From positions 2,176,001 through 2,240,000 of the forward strand of contig CAVZJV010000014.1 in NCBI GenBank assembly GCA_963775685.1: DNA of 64,000 nucleotides, given 5' to 3'. The stretch comes from Candidatus Bathyarchaeota archaeon (lineage in GTDB: Archaea > Thermoproteota > Bathyarchaeia > Bathyarchaeales > Bathycorpusculaceae). Of the stretch, positions 10,484 through 20,734 are shown one piece after another (the first letter of the stretch is position 1; each line of letters begins with the position of its first letter). The notes under the pieces were generated by a model. That model had not been told where the DNA came from. It worked only from the letters and a program-made list of their open reading frames with translations, and ran no database searches. A program made the translations under genes and the position numbers.

Positions 10484-11485
10484 GTGGACGGTTTGGCTGG
10501 CGAAGGTTTGGGCGAGCACGAAATAATTAGGCTTATCCAGCAGCGTTTAACAGTTATGCCCGATATGCCTGTGCCGTTTGGAGACGACGTTTCAGCTGTA
10601 TCGCTAGGTAACAACGAAGTAGCAGTTCTAAAAACAGACATGCTTGTGGCAAAAACCGACGTACCATCAGGCATGAGCTTATTTGCAGCAGCCCGAAAAG
10701 CAGTCGTAATGAATATCAGCGACTTCGCTGCCAAAGGGGTCTTACCGTCAGCGGTTTTAGTGGCGCTTGGTTTACCCAGAGGCCTAAGTACTGAAGATGT
10801 CATAGAGATTGCTGAAGGGTTGAATGTTGGAGCACGTGAATATGGCGCTTACGTGGTTGGTGGCGACACAGGTGAAGCATCTGACTTGATAATTGGCATT
10901 TCACTTTTTGGAACCGTTAAACAAAGCTTTTTGATGTTGCGTAGTGGCGCTCGAGCCGGCGATATTGTTGCGGTTACTGGGTTGTTTGGGAAATCTGCAG
11001 CTGGACTACGTTTGCTGCTTGGAAAATGCAGGGCTTCGAAAACAATGAGTGATGTTTTAGTTGATGCAGTGTTTAATCCTAAGGCGCGGTTGCGTGAGGG
11101 TTTGGCTCTCCGCAGCTACGGCTATATTTCAAGCAGTATAGATTCGAGTGATGGTTTAGCTTGGAGTTTGCATGAGTTGGCGCGGATGAGCAATGTTGGC
11201 TTCGCGCTTGATAAAGTTCCAATTGCATCTGAGGTAGAAGAATTTGCGTTGTGGAATGGTTTGGATGCGTTGGAGCTGGCTTTGTACGGAGGCGAAGAAT
11301 ACGAATTGGTGTTGACGGTTAAACCTGAAAATTGGTCAGAGGCAAAAGCGGTAGTTGAAACCGTGGGCGGATGTCTCATTCCTATTGGAAGGGCAACCTT
11401 TGAAAAAGAAATCATTATGGAGATAAACGGCGAAAAACGACTTATTGAGGCTCGTGGATGGGAGCATTTCAAAAGCCAGATTTAG
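10484..11485 (+). CDS. thiL: Thiamine-monophosphate kinase
   Basis: GEHEII, GDDVSA, KTDMLV, NISDFAAKG, GGDT, DSSDGL, GGEEYEL and GWEHF; start reassigned downstream of the ORF-track start. Confidence 0.92.
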   Translation: MDGLAGEGLGEHEIIRLIQQRLTVMPDMPVPFGDDVSAVSLGNNEVAVLKTDMLVAKTDVPSGMSLFAAARKAVVMNISDFAAKGVLPSAVLVALGLPRGLSTEDVIEIAEGLNVGAREYGAYVVGGDTGEASDLIIGISLFGTVKQSFLMLRSGARAGDIVAVTGLFGKSAAGLRLLLGKCRASKTMSDVLVDAVFNPKARLREGLALRSYGYISSSIDSSDGLAWSLHELARMSNVGFALDKVPIASEVEEFALWNGLDALELALYGGEEYELVLTVKPENWSEAKAVVETVGGCLIPIGRATFEKEIIMEINGEKRLIEARGWEHFKSQI

Positions 11486-12047
11486 CTTGCTTGTCTAAGG
11501 TATAATTGATTATTGTTATGCATGACGCTGCAAGGTATGGAGTTTTTCCAAGGCTGATTTTTTCTCCAAACCGCAAGGCGAACAGTTCTGTTTTTTTGGG
11601 CAAACCAACATGGTCCCCCAGGATAAAGACGCTATTTTCTGCAAGCTGGACTTGGCTTATGTCTTTTCCGCCTTCCTCAAGTACATAGACCTTGTGCGTT
11701 TGGGCTTTGGTTTTAAGGAGTGTTTCAAAACTTGTTTTGTCCTTGGATATACCAGGATGAGTTTTCCCAGATATGATTTTTTTTAGGATTGCCTGCCAAG
11801 TATCCCTGTCGGTTCGTACATCGTAAAGATTGTCTCCATTGATTTGAATATGCAAAGGTGGGTTAGGTGGACCATTTAGGATGGCGTGAAAGGTTACGTC
11901 TCTGCGGAGTCCATGAGAAAGAAAAAGGCTGCTGACGACGCATTCGTGAACGATATCAAGTCTTCCAGCATCGTGCAGATTATGGAAGTTTGAATCGGTT
12001 TGACCTATACGTGAGAAAAGGATGAATTCACATGGCAAGACAGTCAC
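11469..12047 (-). CDS. trmY: tRNA (pseudouridine54-N1)-methyltransferase, SPOUT family
   Basis: AGRLDI...SSLFLSHGLRRDV, GPPNPP, FILGDHVG, ISLG..PYLAASCI. Confidence 0.85.
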   Translation of the reverse strand: MTVLPCEFILFSRIGQTDSNFHNLHDAGRLDIVHECVVSSLFLSHGLRRDVTFHAILNGPPNPPLHIQINGDNLYDVRTDRDTWQAILKKIISGKTHPGISKDKTSFETLLKTKAQTHKVYVLEEGGKDISQVQLAENSVFILGDHVGLPKKTELFALRFGEKISLGKTPYLAASCITIINYTLDKQAKSGF

Positions 12048-12220
12048 GGCATAAACCTATGTGTATATTGCTTTAAAGCGCTTTCCCGCCTCTCAACCGA
12101 TGTTCTTGGTGTCTATTCAATGCTATTAAACGAAACAAACGCGACATCCCACGGAACCTGAGCAAAGGGTAGCTAAGGTTTTTATGGTTCTTGCCAAATT
12201 ATGTTCACTGCAACACGGGC

Positions 12221-12298
12221 GGGGCCATCGGCTAGCTTGGTCTAGGCTTGTAGACTTGGGCTCTATAGACTCCGGTTCAAATCCGGGTGGCCCCACCA
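12221..12298 (+). tRNA. tRNA-Pro(TGG), CCA encoded
   Basis: GGGGCCA/TGGCCCC acceptor, GTAGA-CTTGGGC-TCTAT anticodon arm, canonical GGTTCAAATCC. Confidence 0.95.
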
Positions 12299-12626
12299 TT
12301 AACTTTCTAAAAAAAGCTTGGTTTGAGCTTGGTTCATTCTTACTGATTTCCGTAATCTTACTTAATTCAATAAGACCCGCCCGTTGAAGGAGCTCTAACT
12401 CTACTTTTTATTTTATGTTTTAAAACGTATGAGTAATCAGGGTTAAAGCTCTGGGGAGAGCGGAGAAATTCGATTTCTTTTTGGCTAAACATTTTAAATC
12501 TGTCTCCGTTTATAGAACTAAGCGAATTTTGGGCTTAAAAAGGCTCGCATTTAATCATTCAAAGTTTTTCGGTGTCTAAATGTTACAGCCATAGAAACAT
12601 CGAGAGGAGCAAACTCAAAATTGCTT

Positions 12627-13139
12627 TTACTTAAATATGTAAGGCGGCGGTGAAGAAACTGGAACAGGACCTTCTTGGTTAGTCGTAGGTGAAGGCGAAA
12701 TAGACGGAGGAGCAATAGGAGAAATTATTGGCTCAGCGCTTGAAATAGTCGACTTGACGTATAAGATTAATTGGTTAGAAGTCACATTTACGCTGCCTAC
12801 CACGATTTGCAGCCCCTCAAAACTGAATTTAGCTCCTTGAATCGCTCTGAAACTTTGGTTTGAGTTAATAATTAGTGTTTGTTCTGTTGTAATATGGAAA
12901 AAAGGGTCAGGAGGGGCACCTATTATGGGAGCGCCTCCATCAGATTTTCCAACTAAGTAAAAGAGTATATAATACGAAGTGTTGCCAAATTTTACAAAGG
13001 TTGGCGGGTAAGAATAAGGGGTTAAAGTAATTTTACTATAACCTAAGAGCGTATTAGCTACAAAGAGTTCAATGCCAACGACCGCTATGACAACTACTGC
13101 CAATAAAATGGCGACCGTTACAATTTTTCTCTTTGGCAT
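12627..13139 (-). CDS. Secreted/membrane-anchored protein with Pro/Ser-rich tail
   Basis: KRK plus hydrophobic N-terminal anchor; PSISPSPT linker. Confidence 0.65.
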   Translation of the reverse strand: MPKRKIVTVAILLAVVVIAVVGIELFVANTLLGYSKITLTPYSYPPTFVKFGNTSYYILFYLVGKSDGGAPIIGAPPDPFFHITTEQTLIINSNQSFRAIQGAKFSFEGLQIVVGSVNVTSNQLILYVKSTISSAEPIISPIAPPSISPSPTTNQEGPVPVSSPPPYIFK

Positions 13140-13279
13140 TCAATCGGTTCCTCTAATTCCCCATTAGGCTCTTTGTTTCAACAGTTTTTACCTATACTTA
13201 GTATTAGGCATGACTAGCTTTATGCACATTTTCGCCAGCTGTAAAAGAATTATTTGATTCAGGCTTATAGTTCTACGCT

Positions 13280-13317
13280 TGGAACACACGAAAACTAGTT
13301 GTTCCAAGGCTGGAACA
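13280..13317. repeat. TGGAACA/TGTTCCA/TGGAACA triad, copy 1
   Basis: TGGAACA-cac...-TGTTCCA-aggc-TGGAACA; related copy at 15216-15242. Confidence 0.7.
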
Positions 13318-13318
13318 G

Positions 13319-14106
13319 CTAAGATTTTTGTTTACTGGTTTTTCGATGCCTTCTATAAAGGAAAACAGACAATACGATAATAGCCACCATAACGCTGACA
13401 GGAATCAAGTAAACTATTGGATCTAAGTGGGGTGGATTTCTAGGCGGAAGATAAGGCGTTGGCGTACCTGAACTTTCAGGAACAGTTATTGTTTGTGTGT
13501 TACTCCAATCGCTTGTTTCAATAGTTGACCAAATAGCTATAGAGTTCACTCCTGTGGGTTCTCCATAAAATTTAATCCGCCAGGAAGGCAGGGGTTCAGA
13601 AACACCGTATATATCGGTTACATTCCCTATTATTGCTTGAACCTGAAAGTCGATTGAGTCACCTACAGAAGCGTTAATTGGTAAGGACGTGGCATAGGTA
13701 GAATTGTTTCAACTAAGTTTAAGGTTGGTAAAGGAGTATTGTTTGGGAGGGTGTCAAAATTATTTGACTGAGTGGGGTATCCGCCAGGCTGATAAATATC
13801 TGTCCAGTTGTTTTCCTTTTGATTTTTTACCCGAATATTGTAGTATAATGAAATTGTCGAGTTTGTTCTTGAATCAAAGTAGCTTGTGAAGTTTTGATTG
13901 GTTATGATAACTTCTATGCTGTTTGCCACAAAGAAATTTGGGTATGTTGAGTTTGTAGTTGTAGGACCATTAACGTACAGAAGGGTAAATTGAGGAACAG
14001 AAGGTTTAGACTCTGCTGTCTCAGCAACTTGCGCCTCAGCCAATATTGAAGTAACCAATAAAAAGATGGCAACTATCGTTGTGAAGGATTTCTTAATCAT
14101 AGCCAT
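13319..14106 (-). pseudogene. Surface protein (signal peptide, KPSVPQFT ... SDWSNTQTIT, C-terminal TM plus basic tail), frameshifted
   Basis: ORFs 13663-14106 and 13319-13549 are bridged by an out-of-frame segment (GDSIDFQVQAIIG...). Confidence 0.65.
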
Positions 14107-15142
14107 CTCTCAACTTCCTTTTTCTAATCAGGACTACAATAAAGAGTAAGGAAAGGAATAGGGGCAGAATCATCAACCAAGAAAACTCTGGAATGGTTGG
14201 AGTTGGAGTTGGGGAAGCAGGTGCAGAGTTATTTGTGACATAGCCAGTTACATAGGCGTAAGACGGAAGTACATAGTCTAAAATTGGGAAAAGGTATGTT
14301 TCACCGGGTTGAATTGCATAGTCCATTAAACCTCCTGATCGGTATGGTTCCTGCCAGAACACTGTAACGCTGTTTAGCGGGAAAGTGTTGTTGTTGAAAA
14401 CTGTTACGTTGCGGTAAGTGTAATCGAGCGCACCCATGTGATGCATTAAGCCGAAGTTTTCTGCGTAAATATCATACTTTGAAATATTGTGGTATCTCTG
14501 ATAGTAATTGGGGTTGTAGGCAATGGTGACCATATTGCTTTTTTGCGTGCTGTCATAATATTGACGGTATGTGCCTTCGTCAGATTCTACTGCTCTGAAA
14601 TTTACGATTTGTAAGTAAGCTTGCGCTTGTGGCACAGTTAATGATTGACCGTTGATAATGTCTCCAAAGTTGTTCTGGGAAACGTAAATTGTTAGGTTGT
14701 GAGAGCTAAACCCAAATGAAATTTGGCTTTGGATACTCAAGCTAATATTTTCTTTTCGGTTTGGCTCAATGTTGATTGATATTATTGGGGTGCTGAAGTT
14801 TTGGATATCTTGTAGCATCTTTACGCTTTCAAAAAACGAGTTGGGCGTTTTTAACGTGTAATTGGAATCCCACAGTTTCAGGGTTGGACTAATTATCTCT
14901 GAAATATCAAACCGTATGGATAAGTTTAGATTGCTATAAGAATTGCTTGTAGGGTTTACAAGGACTATGTTTCCTTGTGTTTTGCCTTCCGTGGTTGAAC
15001 TGTAGTTAGTATGGCTCCAGGGTCCGGGGATGTAGCTTGCTACGTACAGGCTGTTGTGCGCATCAGTGCTTGCTAAGGCAACTTTTGATTTTTCAATAAG
15101 CAAAGACGTTGTCAAAACAGCGAAAAGGATGATTGTTACCAC
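14093..15142 (-). CDS. Cell-surface glycoprotein-like protein with PEF-CTERM-type sorting signal
   Basis: Many N-x-S/T sequons; C-terminus PTPTPTIPEFSWLMILPLFLSLLFIVVLIRKRK. Confidence 0.75.
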   Translation of the reverse strand: MVTIILFAVLTTSLLIEKSKVALASTDAHNSLYVASYIPGPWSHTNYSSTTEGKTQGNIVLVNPTSNSYSNLNLSIRFDISEIISPTLKLWDSNYTLKTPNSFFESVKMLQDIQNFSTPIISINIEPNRKENISLSIQSQISFGFSSHNLTIYVSQNNFGDIINGQSLTVPQAQAYLQIVNFRAVESDEGTYRQYYDSTQKSNMVTIAYNPNYYQRYHNISKYDIYAENFGLMHHMGALDYTYRNVTVFNNNTFPLNSVTVFWQEPYRSGGLMDYAIQPGETYLFPILDYVLPSYAYVTGYVTNNSAPASPTPTPTIPEFSWLMILPLFLSLLFIVVLIRKRKLRDGYD

Positions 15143-15215
15143 GATAAGACATGCCTTTTTCGTAATCTTTCCTCACTTCTCTTATTATAATCTTGAATAC
15201 TCTTAATTCTATTCA

Positions 15216-15242
15216 TGGAACACACTGTTCCAAAGCTGGAAC
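15216..15242. repeat. TGGAACA/TGTTCCA/TGGAAC triad, copy 2
   Basis: TGGAACA-cac-TGTTCCA-aagc-TGGAAC. Confidence 0.7.
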
Positions 15243-16069
15243 GGAATGGCAAAAGGGGTTCTTGACTAAAACGCTAAGGGTTCTCGCTGGAATAAAGAAT
15301 TCTTAGAATAATTTTTCTTGTCTCAATAAGGCTTATTTTGAATCATTTTCATTGAACTTAAGATGTCTGCAAAATAGCCTATTGTCTGATTATAGTCTGG
15401 GAAAAAATTACTTGGGTGAGCACAAAGGTTCCTTTTACCTAAGAAACCATGAAGCATCGCATTTCACCTTTTGTCGCTAATTTTAGATCTTTGCATACTT
15501 CAACTATTGAAAACTCTGTGCAATTGTCTCGCAAGTCATCAAGACAAAATTTGCGATTTGTTGATTAAAGCTTCAAACCAAGGGTTTTTAATATCCCAAA
15601 TAAACATAAAACGCAAGCCCTATGCCAATAACACCTGAAGGAAGAGCGGTAGACTTCAAAGTTCAATTTGTTTGTAGTAGCTGTCCTAATGAATAAAATC
15701 AGAATCGAATAATTTAAACAAGATTAAAAAGAGGGGGCAAATTTTGACAGCTAACCACTTAGCGGAAGCTGCAGTCAAGCCGCAAGAATTAAACGCTGTC
15801 TCTATGAGGAGCTCCTAAACCGAACTCCCCAACCTCGTATTTTTAACGAGAAAAAATCAAAGGAGAAAAAAGACAAACCATTGATGCATGGATTAGCGAA
15901 GGGTCTCTTTTATTTGCGAAATATCTTAGAAATGAGCGAAAAGAGTGGAACCCGAGAGCAAGTAATCACGCTTAAAAATGCAGGTTTTAGAAAAACATAA
16001 ATTGGTATTCAACTGGATTAAAACTCAGGCGGTTGAAAGCTATACTGGTTAAAGTTGAGAAGGAGGTGT

Positions 16070-16524
16070 ATGTTATTGAGTGGTAGTACAGAAGTTGTTA
16101 ACCAAAATATAACGAAACTGCCATTATTATCTGGAATTTTCACTATAATTTCTGCCATATTAGTTATACTAGCTGGAGTATACACAATTTACGGTGCTTT
16201 AATTACTTATGGCGGCTCGGGTACGGCTTTATAGAAGGTACAAATGTATTCTTCTGGATTGTTGGAATTTTTGAAATAATTGCTTTCTCAGTAGGTTTAA
16301 CTGGTGGTATCTTCCAAATTAGAAGACAGTATTTCTTAGGCACGATTTTCAGCAACATTCTTTTGATTGCTTCAGCTATAATTCTAGTGGCACAATCATT
16401 CTTTAAGATTGGACGTATGGAATTGACTTTTGCGAACCTTTTACTTCTCGCAGTACCAATACTGATATTGACAATTCTGAGCATCGTCTTTATCGGGATG
16501 TCAAAAAAAGAGTTCAAAAACTAG
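16070..16524 (+). CDS. Small multi-TM membrane protein (one frameshift near 16225)
   Basis: AGGAGGTG RBS before ATG 16070; hydrophobic helices continue in a shifted frame to TAG 16522-16524. Confidence 0.5.
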
Positions 16525-16552
16525 TTGAAACGTAATTCCCCTATTTTTTTTG

Positions 16553-16897
16553 TTATCCTTTATTATTGTGTAGTGTGACGTTAGTTTTTTTTCTGTCTGT
16601 TTGTCTTGGTTTATCTATCTGTCTTTGTCTGTTTGACTTGTGCATGCTAAAGGAGCGAGCGTAATAGAGGATCTGCTTAATGCTATCAACGAATTGATTG
16701 TATTGTTTCTTGCTGGTGGATAATCGATAATATGCGTTTACGTTGTTTAACAACTGATAATGTTTTCTTGAGTGTTCAAGGATTGATAGAGCATAACCTT
16801 CAGCATACTTGTTATCTACATATTGTTTGAAGTCTTGCCAGTAGATGACTTTCGGATTCTTGGGCTCTATAGACTCCGGTTCAAATCCGGGTGGCCC
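16553..16897 (-). pseudogene. Truncated int(C) fragment of an SSV/pTN3-like tyrosine integrase
   Basis: Begins GPPGFEPES (antisense tRNA att) followed by WQDFKQYVDNKY..YA..I..HSRKHYQLL; no catalytic domain visible. Confidence 0.6.
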
Positions 16898-16901
16898 ACC
16901 A
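16859..16901 (+). repeat. attR: duplicated 3' half of tRNA-Pro
   Basis: CTTGGGCTCTATAGACTCCGGTTCAAATCCGGGTGGCCC-ACCA; identical to 12255-12298 except one C. Confidence 0.92.
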
Positions 16902-17426
16902 ATAATCAAATTGTTTGATCAATGGTAAAGAGACATTTAGGTCTTATTTTGTCTAAGACTCTCTTAAATAACACAAAAAGTAGCTCTTTAAAAAGGCATT
17001 TTTAACAATTGATGGCATAACTATATTAATAAACTTTAAAGTAAAAACCCTCATTATAATTGTCTATTAAGGATTTGGATGTTTTTTTAGTGTTTATTTT
17101 TGAAAAGTAAGTTAAAAGGAACGGGTTCAGAGCTTTTTCGAAGATGCAAGGTGTGATGGCAAACCATCAAATGCATTTCTCTCTGAACCCATTTATTGAG
17201 AACAGAATTTCTCACACTAATGCTTTATGAAACCTGGATTCATATTTGAAGAATTGATTTCAAACAAATATAACAAAATCTCTGGTTGGCTGGTGCGTTA
17301 ACATTTTACTTAGGGACTTGTGAATATATGAATTATATTTAGCTAAGTAAGAGAGACGAGCTTGTCGGGGATAAATTGCATGATGTAAAAAGGACTTAGA
17401 CGAAGAACGCAAAGGCACATTCTAAA

Positions 17427-18641
17427 ATGGTTGAAATAAGAAGTGTGGCAGACAAAGGATCAAGCTTGCTTTGTTCCATGGGGTCGCTTAAAAAAATGCC
17501 GTTTTCTCTTGACGACCTTCATTTTGTGCCAGCTCAAGTTTCCAAAATTCCACTTAACACAGACGAGGAGGTAAATATTAAAGTCGTTATAGGGTCTGCG
17601 GCAAAAAAGCCTCTGAACTTTTTCTCTCCAATCATGTTTAGTGGCATGAGCTATGGCGCAGTATCTAAAAATGTGAGGTTGGTTTTGGCGAAAGTTGCCT
17701 CAAAACTAAATCTTGGAATAAACTCGGGAGAAGATGTTGTTCTGCCAGAGGAACTAGATATTGCCTCCAAAAATCTTGTTGTACAATACTCCACCAGCAG
17801 GTTTTCAATATCTGAAGATATTCTAAAGAAGGTTTCAGCGGTGGAAATAAGATTTGGCCAAGGAGCCTATCCAGGGTGGGAGAGCCTATTACCCGCAGAA
17901 AAAGTTCCACCGGAAATAGCTAAGCTGATGAACCTTAAGGAAGGTGAAGCGGCACACGCTCCTGCGCATCACTCTGACATAAAAAATGAAGCTGAACTTA
18001 ATGAAAAAATAAGGTGGTTAAGGGAGTTGACTGATGGGGCTCCCATCGGAGCTAAGATAGGTTGCGGAAATGTCGAGGATGACATTGAAAGTTTAGCAAA
18101 AAGCGGTGTGGACTTTATTTCACTTGATGGATTTGGAGGAGGGACTGGTGCAACGGAATCTTTTGTCAGAGAAAATGTTGGAATTCCCATTGTAGCAGCT
18201 TTACCAAGAGCTGACAGGCATTTAAAAAAATTGGGCCTAAGGAATAAAATAAGCTTGATAGCTGGAGGCGGATTAAGAACTTCAGCAGATTTCGTAAAAT
18301 GTCTTGCCCTTGGTGCAGACGCAACATACATCGGAACTTCTGCTTTGATTGCCATAAACTGTCAGCAATACCGAATCTGTCATACAGGCCATTGTCCAAC
18401 AGGAGTTACTACAAATAATCCAGTTTTAGTTAAGCAATTAAACGTTGACGAGGGCGTTCGTAGACTGACCAACTTCGTTAACGTTTCAAATTTAGAGGTT
18501 GCGAATTTATTGAGAATTATTGGGAAGAATGATATCAAGAAAATAGCCGTGGAAGACCTTGTTGCACTTGGAAAAGAACTATCTGAAGTTACGGGAGTCA
18601 AGTGGATAAATGGAAAAAACGTTAGTTTACAAGAAAAGTAG
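17427..18641 (+). CDS. FMN-binding glutamate synthase family protein (archaeal GltB domain-2 type)
   Basis: SGMSYGA, NSGE, EIRFGQGA.PG, DGFGGGTGA, GGLRT and C..CHTGHCPTGV [3Fe-4S] motif. Confidence 0.88.
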   Translation: MVEIRSVADKGSSLLCSMGSLKKMPFSLDDLHFVPAQVSKIPLNTDEEVNIKVVIGSAAKKPLNFFSPIMFSGMSYGAVSKNVRLVLAKVASKLNLGINSGEDVVLPEELDIASKNLVVQYSTSRFSISEDILKKVSAVEIRFGQGAYPGWESLLPAEKVPPEIAKLMNLKEGEAAHAPAHHSDIKNEAELNEKIRWLRELTDGAPIGAKIGCGNVEDDIESLAKSGVDFISLDGFGGGTGATESFVRENVGIPIVAALPRADRHLKKLGLRNKISLIAGGGLRTSADFVKCLALGADATYIGTSALIAINCQQYRICHTGHCPTGVTTNNPVLVKQLNVDEGVRRLTNFVNVSNLEVANLLRIIGKNDIKKIAVEDLVALGKELSEVTGVKWINGKNVSLQEK

Positions 18642-18759
18642 TTGCTGACAAAATCGTTTCAAATAGCTTTTAAAACAATTGCCATAAACCCACAAACTCG
18701 TTGGCTCTTGATATCTGGGTGATCTTCATTTAGAACAAAATGAAAAAACCATGTTTTTT

Positions 18760-19140
18760 GATGCCTCAATGTATAAAAGAAAAAGAACACCATGTGCATT
18801 CATTTAGCAGACTCGTTTCTGTTGCATATTTTTGTTTTTTGGTAACTTTATCTGGTTTATGTAATTTTTCTGCAGTTTGTTCCAGCTCATTTTGGGTATA
18901 ACGGAGTCGCCAACCGCTGGGTAGATAAAACTAAATTACTATGGATAGCGGAACTTGCTGTTGTTTCATGTTATGCATTCGGTTTATGTTTGAAATTTGG
19001 AAAATACGGGGAAGGCAATGGTGCTTTTGATGGGTGCAATATTCATAGCCGTTATTGCTTTGTTTATCTTTACCAACTATTCACACGATAACAATCTTAG
19101 AGTAGTCTACGGAAATTCAGTTTCGGAAATGTTTTAGCTT
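18760..19140 (+). pseudogene. Degraded DUF1648-like membrane protein
   Basis: In-frame FPAHFGYNGVANRWVDK after a TM segment; frames broken; boundaries approximate. Confidence 0.4.
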
Positions 19141-19205
19141 TGGCTTGGGCAAATCTCTAATAATTGTAAAAACTAATGAATTATGTAAAATGAAGGTTGC
19201 ATAAG

Positions 19206-19589
19206 ATGAATCCCGTTGGTTTATGGACGCTGCACTATGACTGGGGACCCAAAGGAAACTACAGTTGGGCTCCTCTCTACTTCAACTTTGACGGAACCTT
19301 CGCATATTTGGCTGGCGCCAACGAGGGAACATGGGTGCAGGTTGATGACACGATTATTTGGCGGTTCAAGAGGCTACCGGACACAGAAAACAACACCGTT
19401 TATTCAGGAACATGCACAAGAAATTTCATGTCTGGGCTGATGCTGTCGTTTGAAGGAGAAAAAGGCCACTGGTACGCCGTCAAGAAAGGCACCAAAGTAT
19501 TTGCCCTCAAAGAAAACAAAAAATTGCCCTACCTGGTGGAAAGAGAAAGCAAACCACAACTCGACTCAACAGGAAAAAAAGTAAGATAG
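19206..19589 (+). CDS. Hypothetical Trp/Tyr/Gly-rich beta-type protein
   Basis: Clean ORF; GLWTLHYDW, FNFDGTF, GTW, YSG and GHWYA. Confidence 0.65.
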   Translation: MNPVGLWTLHYDWGPKGNYSWAPLYFNFDGTFAYLAGANEGTWVQVDDTIIWRFKRLPDTENNTVYSGTCTRNFMSGLMLSFEGEKGHWYAVKKGTKVFALKENKKLPYLVERESKPQLDSTGKKVR

Positions 19590-19655
19590 AATTTTAAAAA
19601 AGTCTTTTTTGTGACAGATAAAGAAAATAAATAGCAGGTAATTGGCGAAGTTGCC

Positions 19656-19889
19656 CTATTCTACGGCTTCAACTTTCTGTATTTCTGGAACTCTTTGCTT
19701 AATCAGTGCTTCAACGCCGTTTTTAAGCGTCATAGCCGACATGGGGCAACCTGCACAATGTCCAACTAAACGAACCTTCGCAGTCGAATTTTCAACAGCT
19801 ACCAGCTCCACATCTCCGCCGTCAAGTTGGATTTGAGGTCTTATCTCGTTAAGTGCATCTTGGACTCTTTTTTGGATTGATTCAGTCAT
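19656..19889 (-). CDS. NifU C-terminal (Nfu) Fe-S carrier
   Basis: IRPQIQLDGGDVELV, GHCAGCPMS..TLKNGVE. Confidence 0.9.
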   Translation of the reverse strand: MTESIQKRVQDALNEIRPQIQLDGGDVELVAVENSTAKVRLVGHCAGCPMSAMTLKNGVEALIKQRVPEIQKVEAVE

Positions 19890-20397
19890 GTAACTTCACT
19901 TATGTATCTTTGAAAAGAATAAACGATTATAAAAGATTCCTGTTTCTTGGGGCGCTTCTTCTACTCTTTTAATTTAGGCAGAACCTTTGTAGCCCATTCA
20001 GTTCTGGTTGAGTAGATTTCTCGCAGTTTTGGAGTAGAGGTGGATGTCAATTTAACTTTTGCAAGCATTCGGCTTTTAGATCTGCTGATTGCGCTGTTTC
20101 GTTTTGGCTTGTTCCGGTTTATTTTATAATTTTCAGGGTTCATATTCGATCTCTGCTATTCAAGCTTGAGTCCTTGCATATAGAAGTTTTCCCTTTTTAG
20201 GATTGTTTTAAAAATCAGTTTTTCCCAGCCTTCTCCACGCTAAAGGAAAAATCAGTTAGAAACGATTTAGCTAGGGTTACATTCTTCAAATAGGATAAAG
20301 TGCTCGAATTAGTTATGAAAAACAAAATACAATCCCTACTGCGGAAGACTTAAGCTCTCATAACCTATTTACACATAAAATAAGGCAAGGTTTTGCA

Positions 20398-20638
20398 ATG
20401 GTCCATCGAAGAGTTCGAGGCGGGAAATTTAAAATCAAACATGTTGAGAAGCGATGCCCCGTCGAGTTAGGAGACGAATTAGAAGTAAACATCACTGACA
20501 CTTGCCCAAATGGCGATGGCATGTCTAAAATTCAAGGTTATATTATACAAGTCCCGAAAGCTAAGCCTAGAGAACGGGTGACAGTGAAAATTAGTCATAG
20601 TGGGCAAAAAAATGGCAACAGGCGAAATAATCAAATAA
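20398..20638 (+). CDS. TRAM-domain RNA-binding protein (1-nt indel near C-terminus)
   Basis: PVELGDELEVNI...GDGMSKIQGYIIQVPKA.P.ERVTVKI; shifted frame gives GKKMATGEIIK*. Confidence 0.75.
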
Positions 20639-20734
20639 ACCACTCCATCTGCCAATTGTTATGCTCGCGGTTGCTTATCTAACAAAACCTGCAAATAAAA
20701 GCCGCCGCGACTTAGTACTCTATGTTTTTGTCCT

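Larger units (their letters stand above)
12255..16901. mobile_element. Decayed tRNA-Pro-integrated element (SSV-type, att-split integrase)
   Basis: 39-bp exact direct repeat of the tRNA-Pro 3' half at 12255-12293 and 16859-16897; integrase-like ORF reads through the distal repeat. Confidence 0.85.

Noticed and set aside
16203-16517. Minus-strand 104-aa ORF
   Set aside because: Shadow of the plus-strand membrane protein that has a clear RBS at 16061
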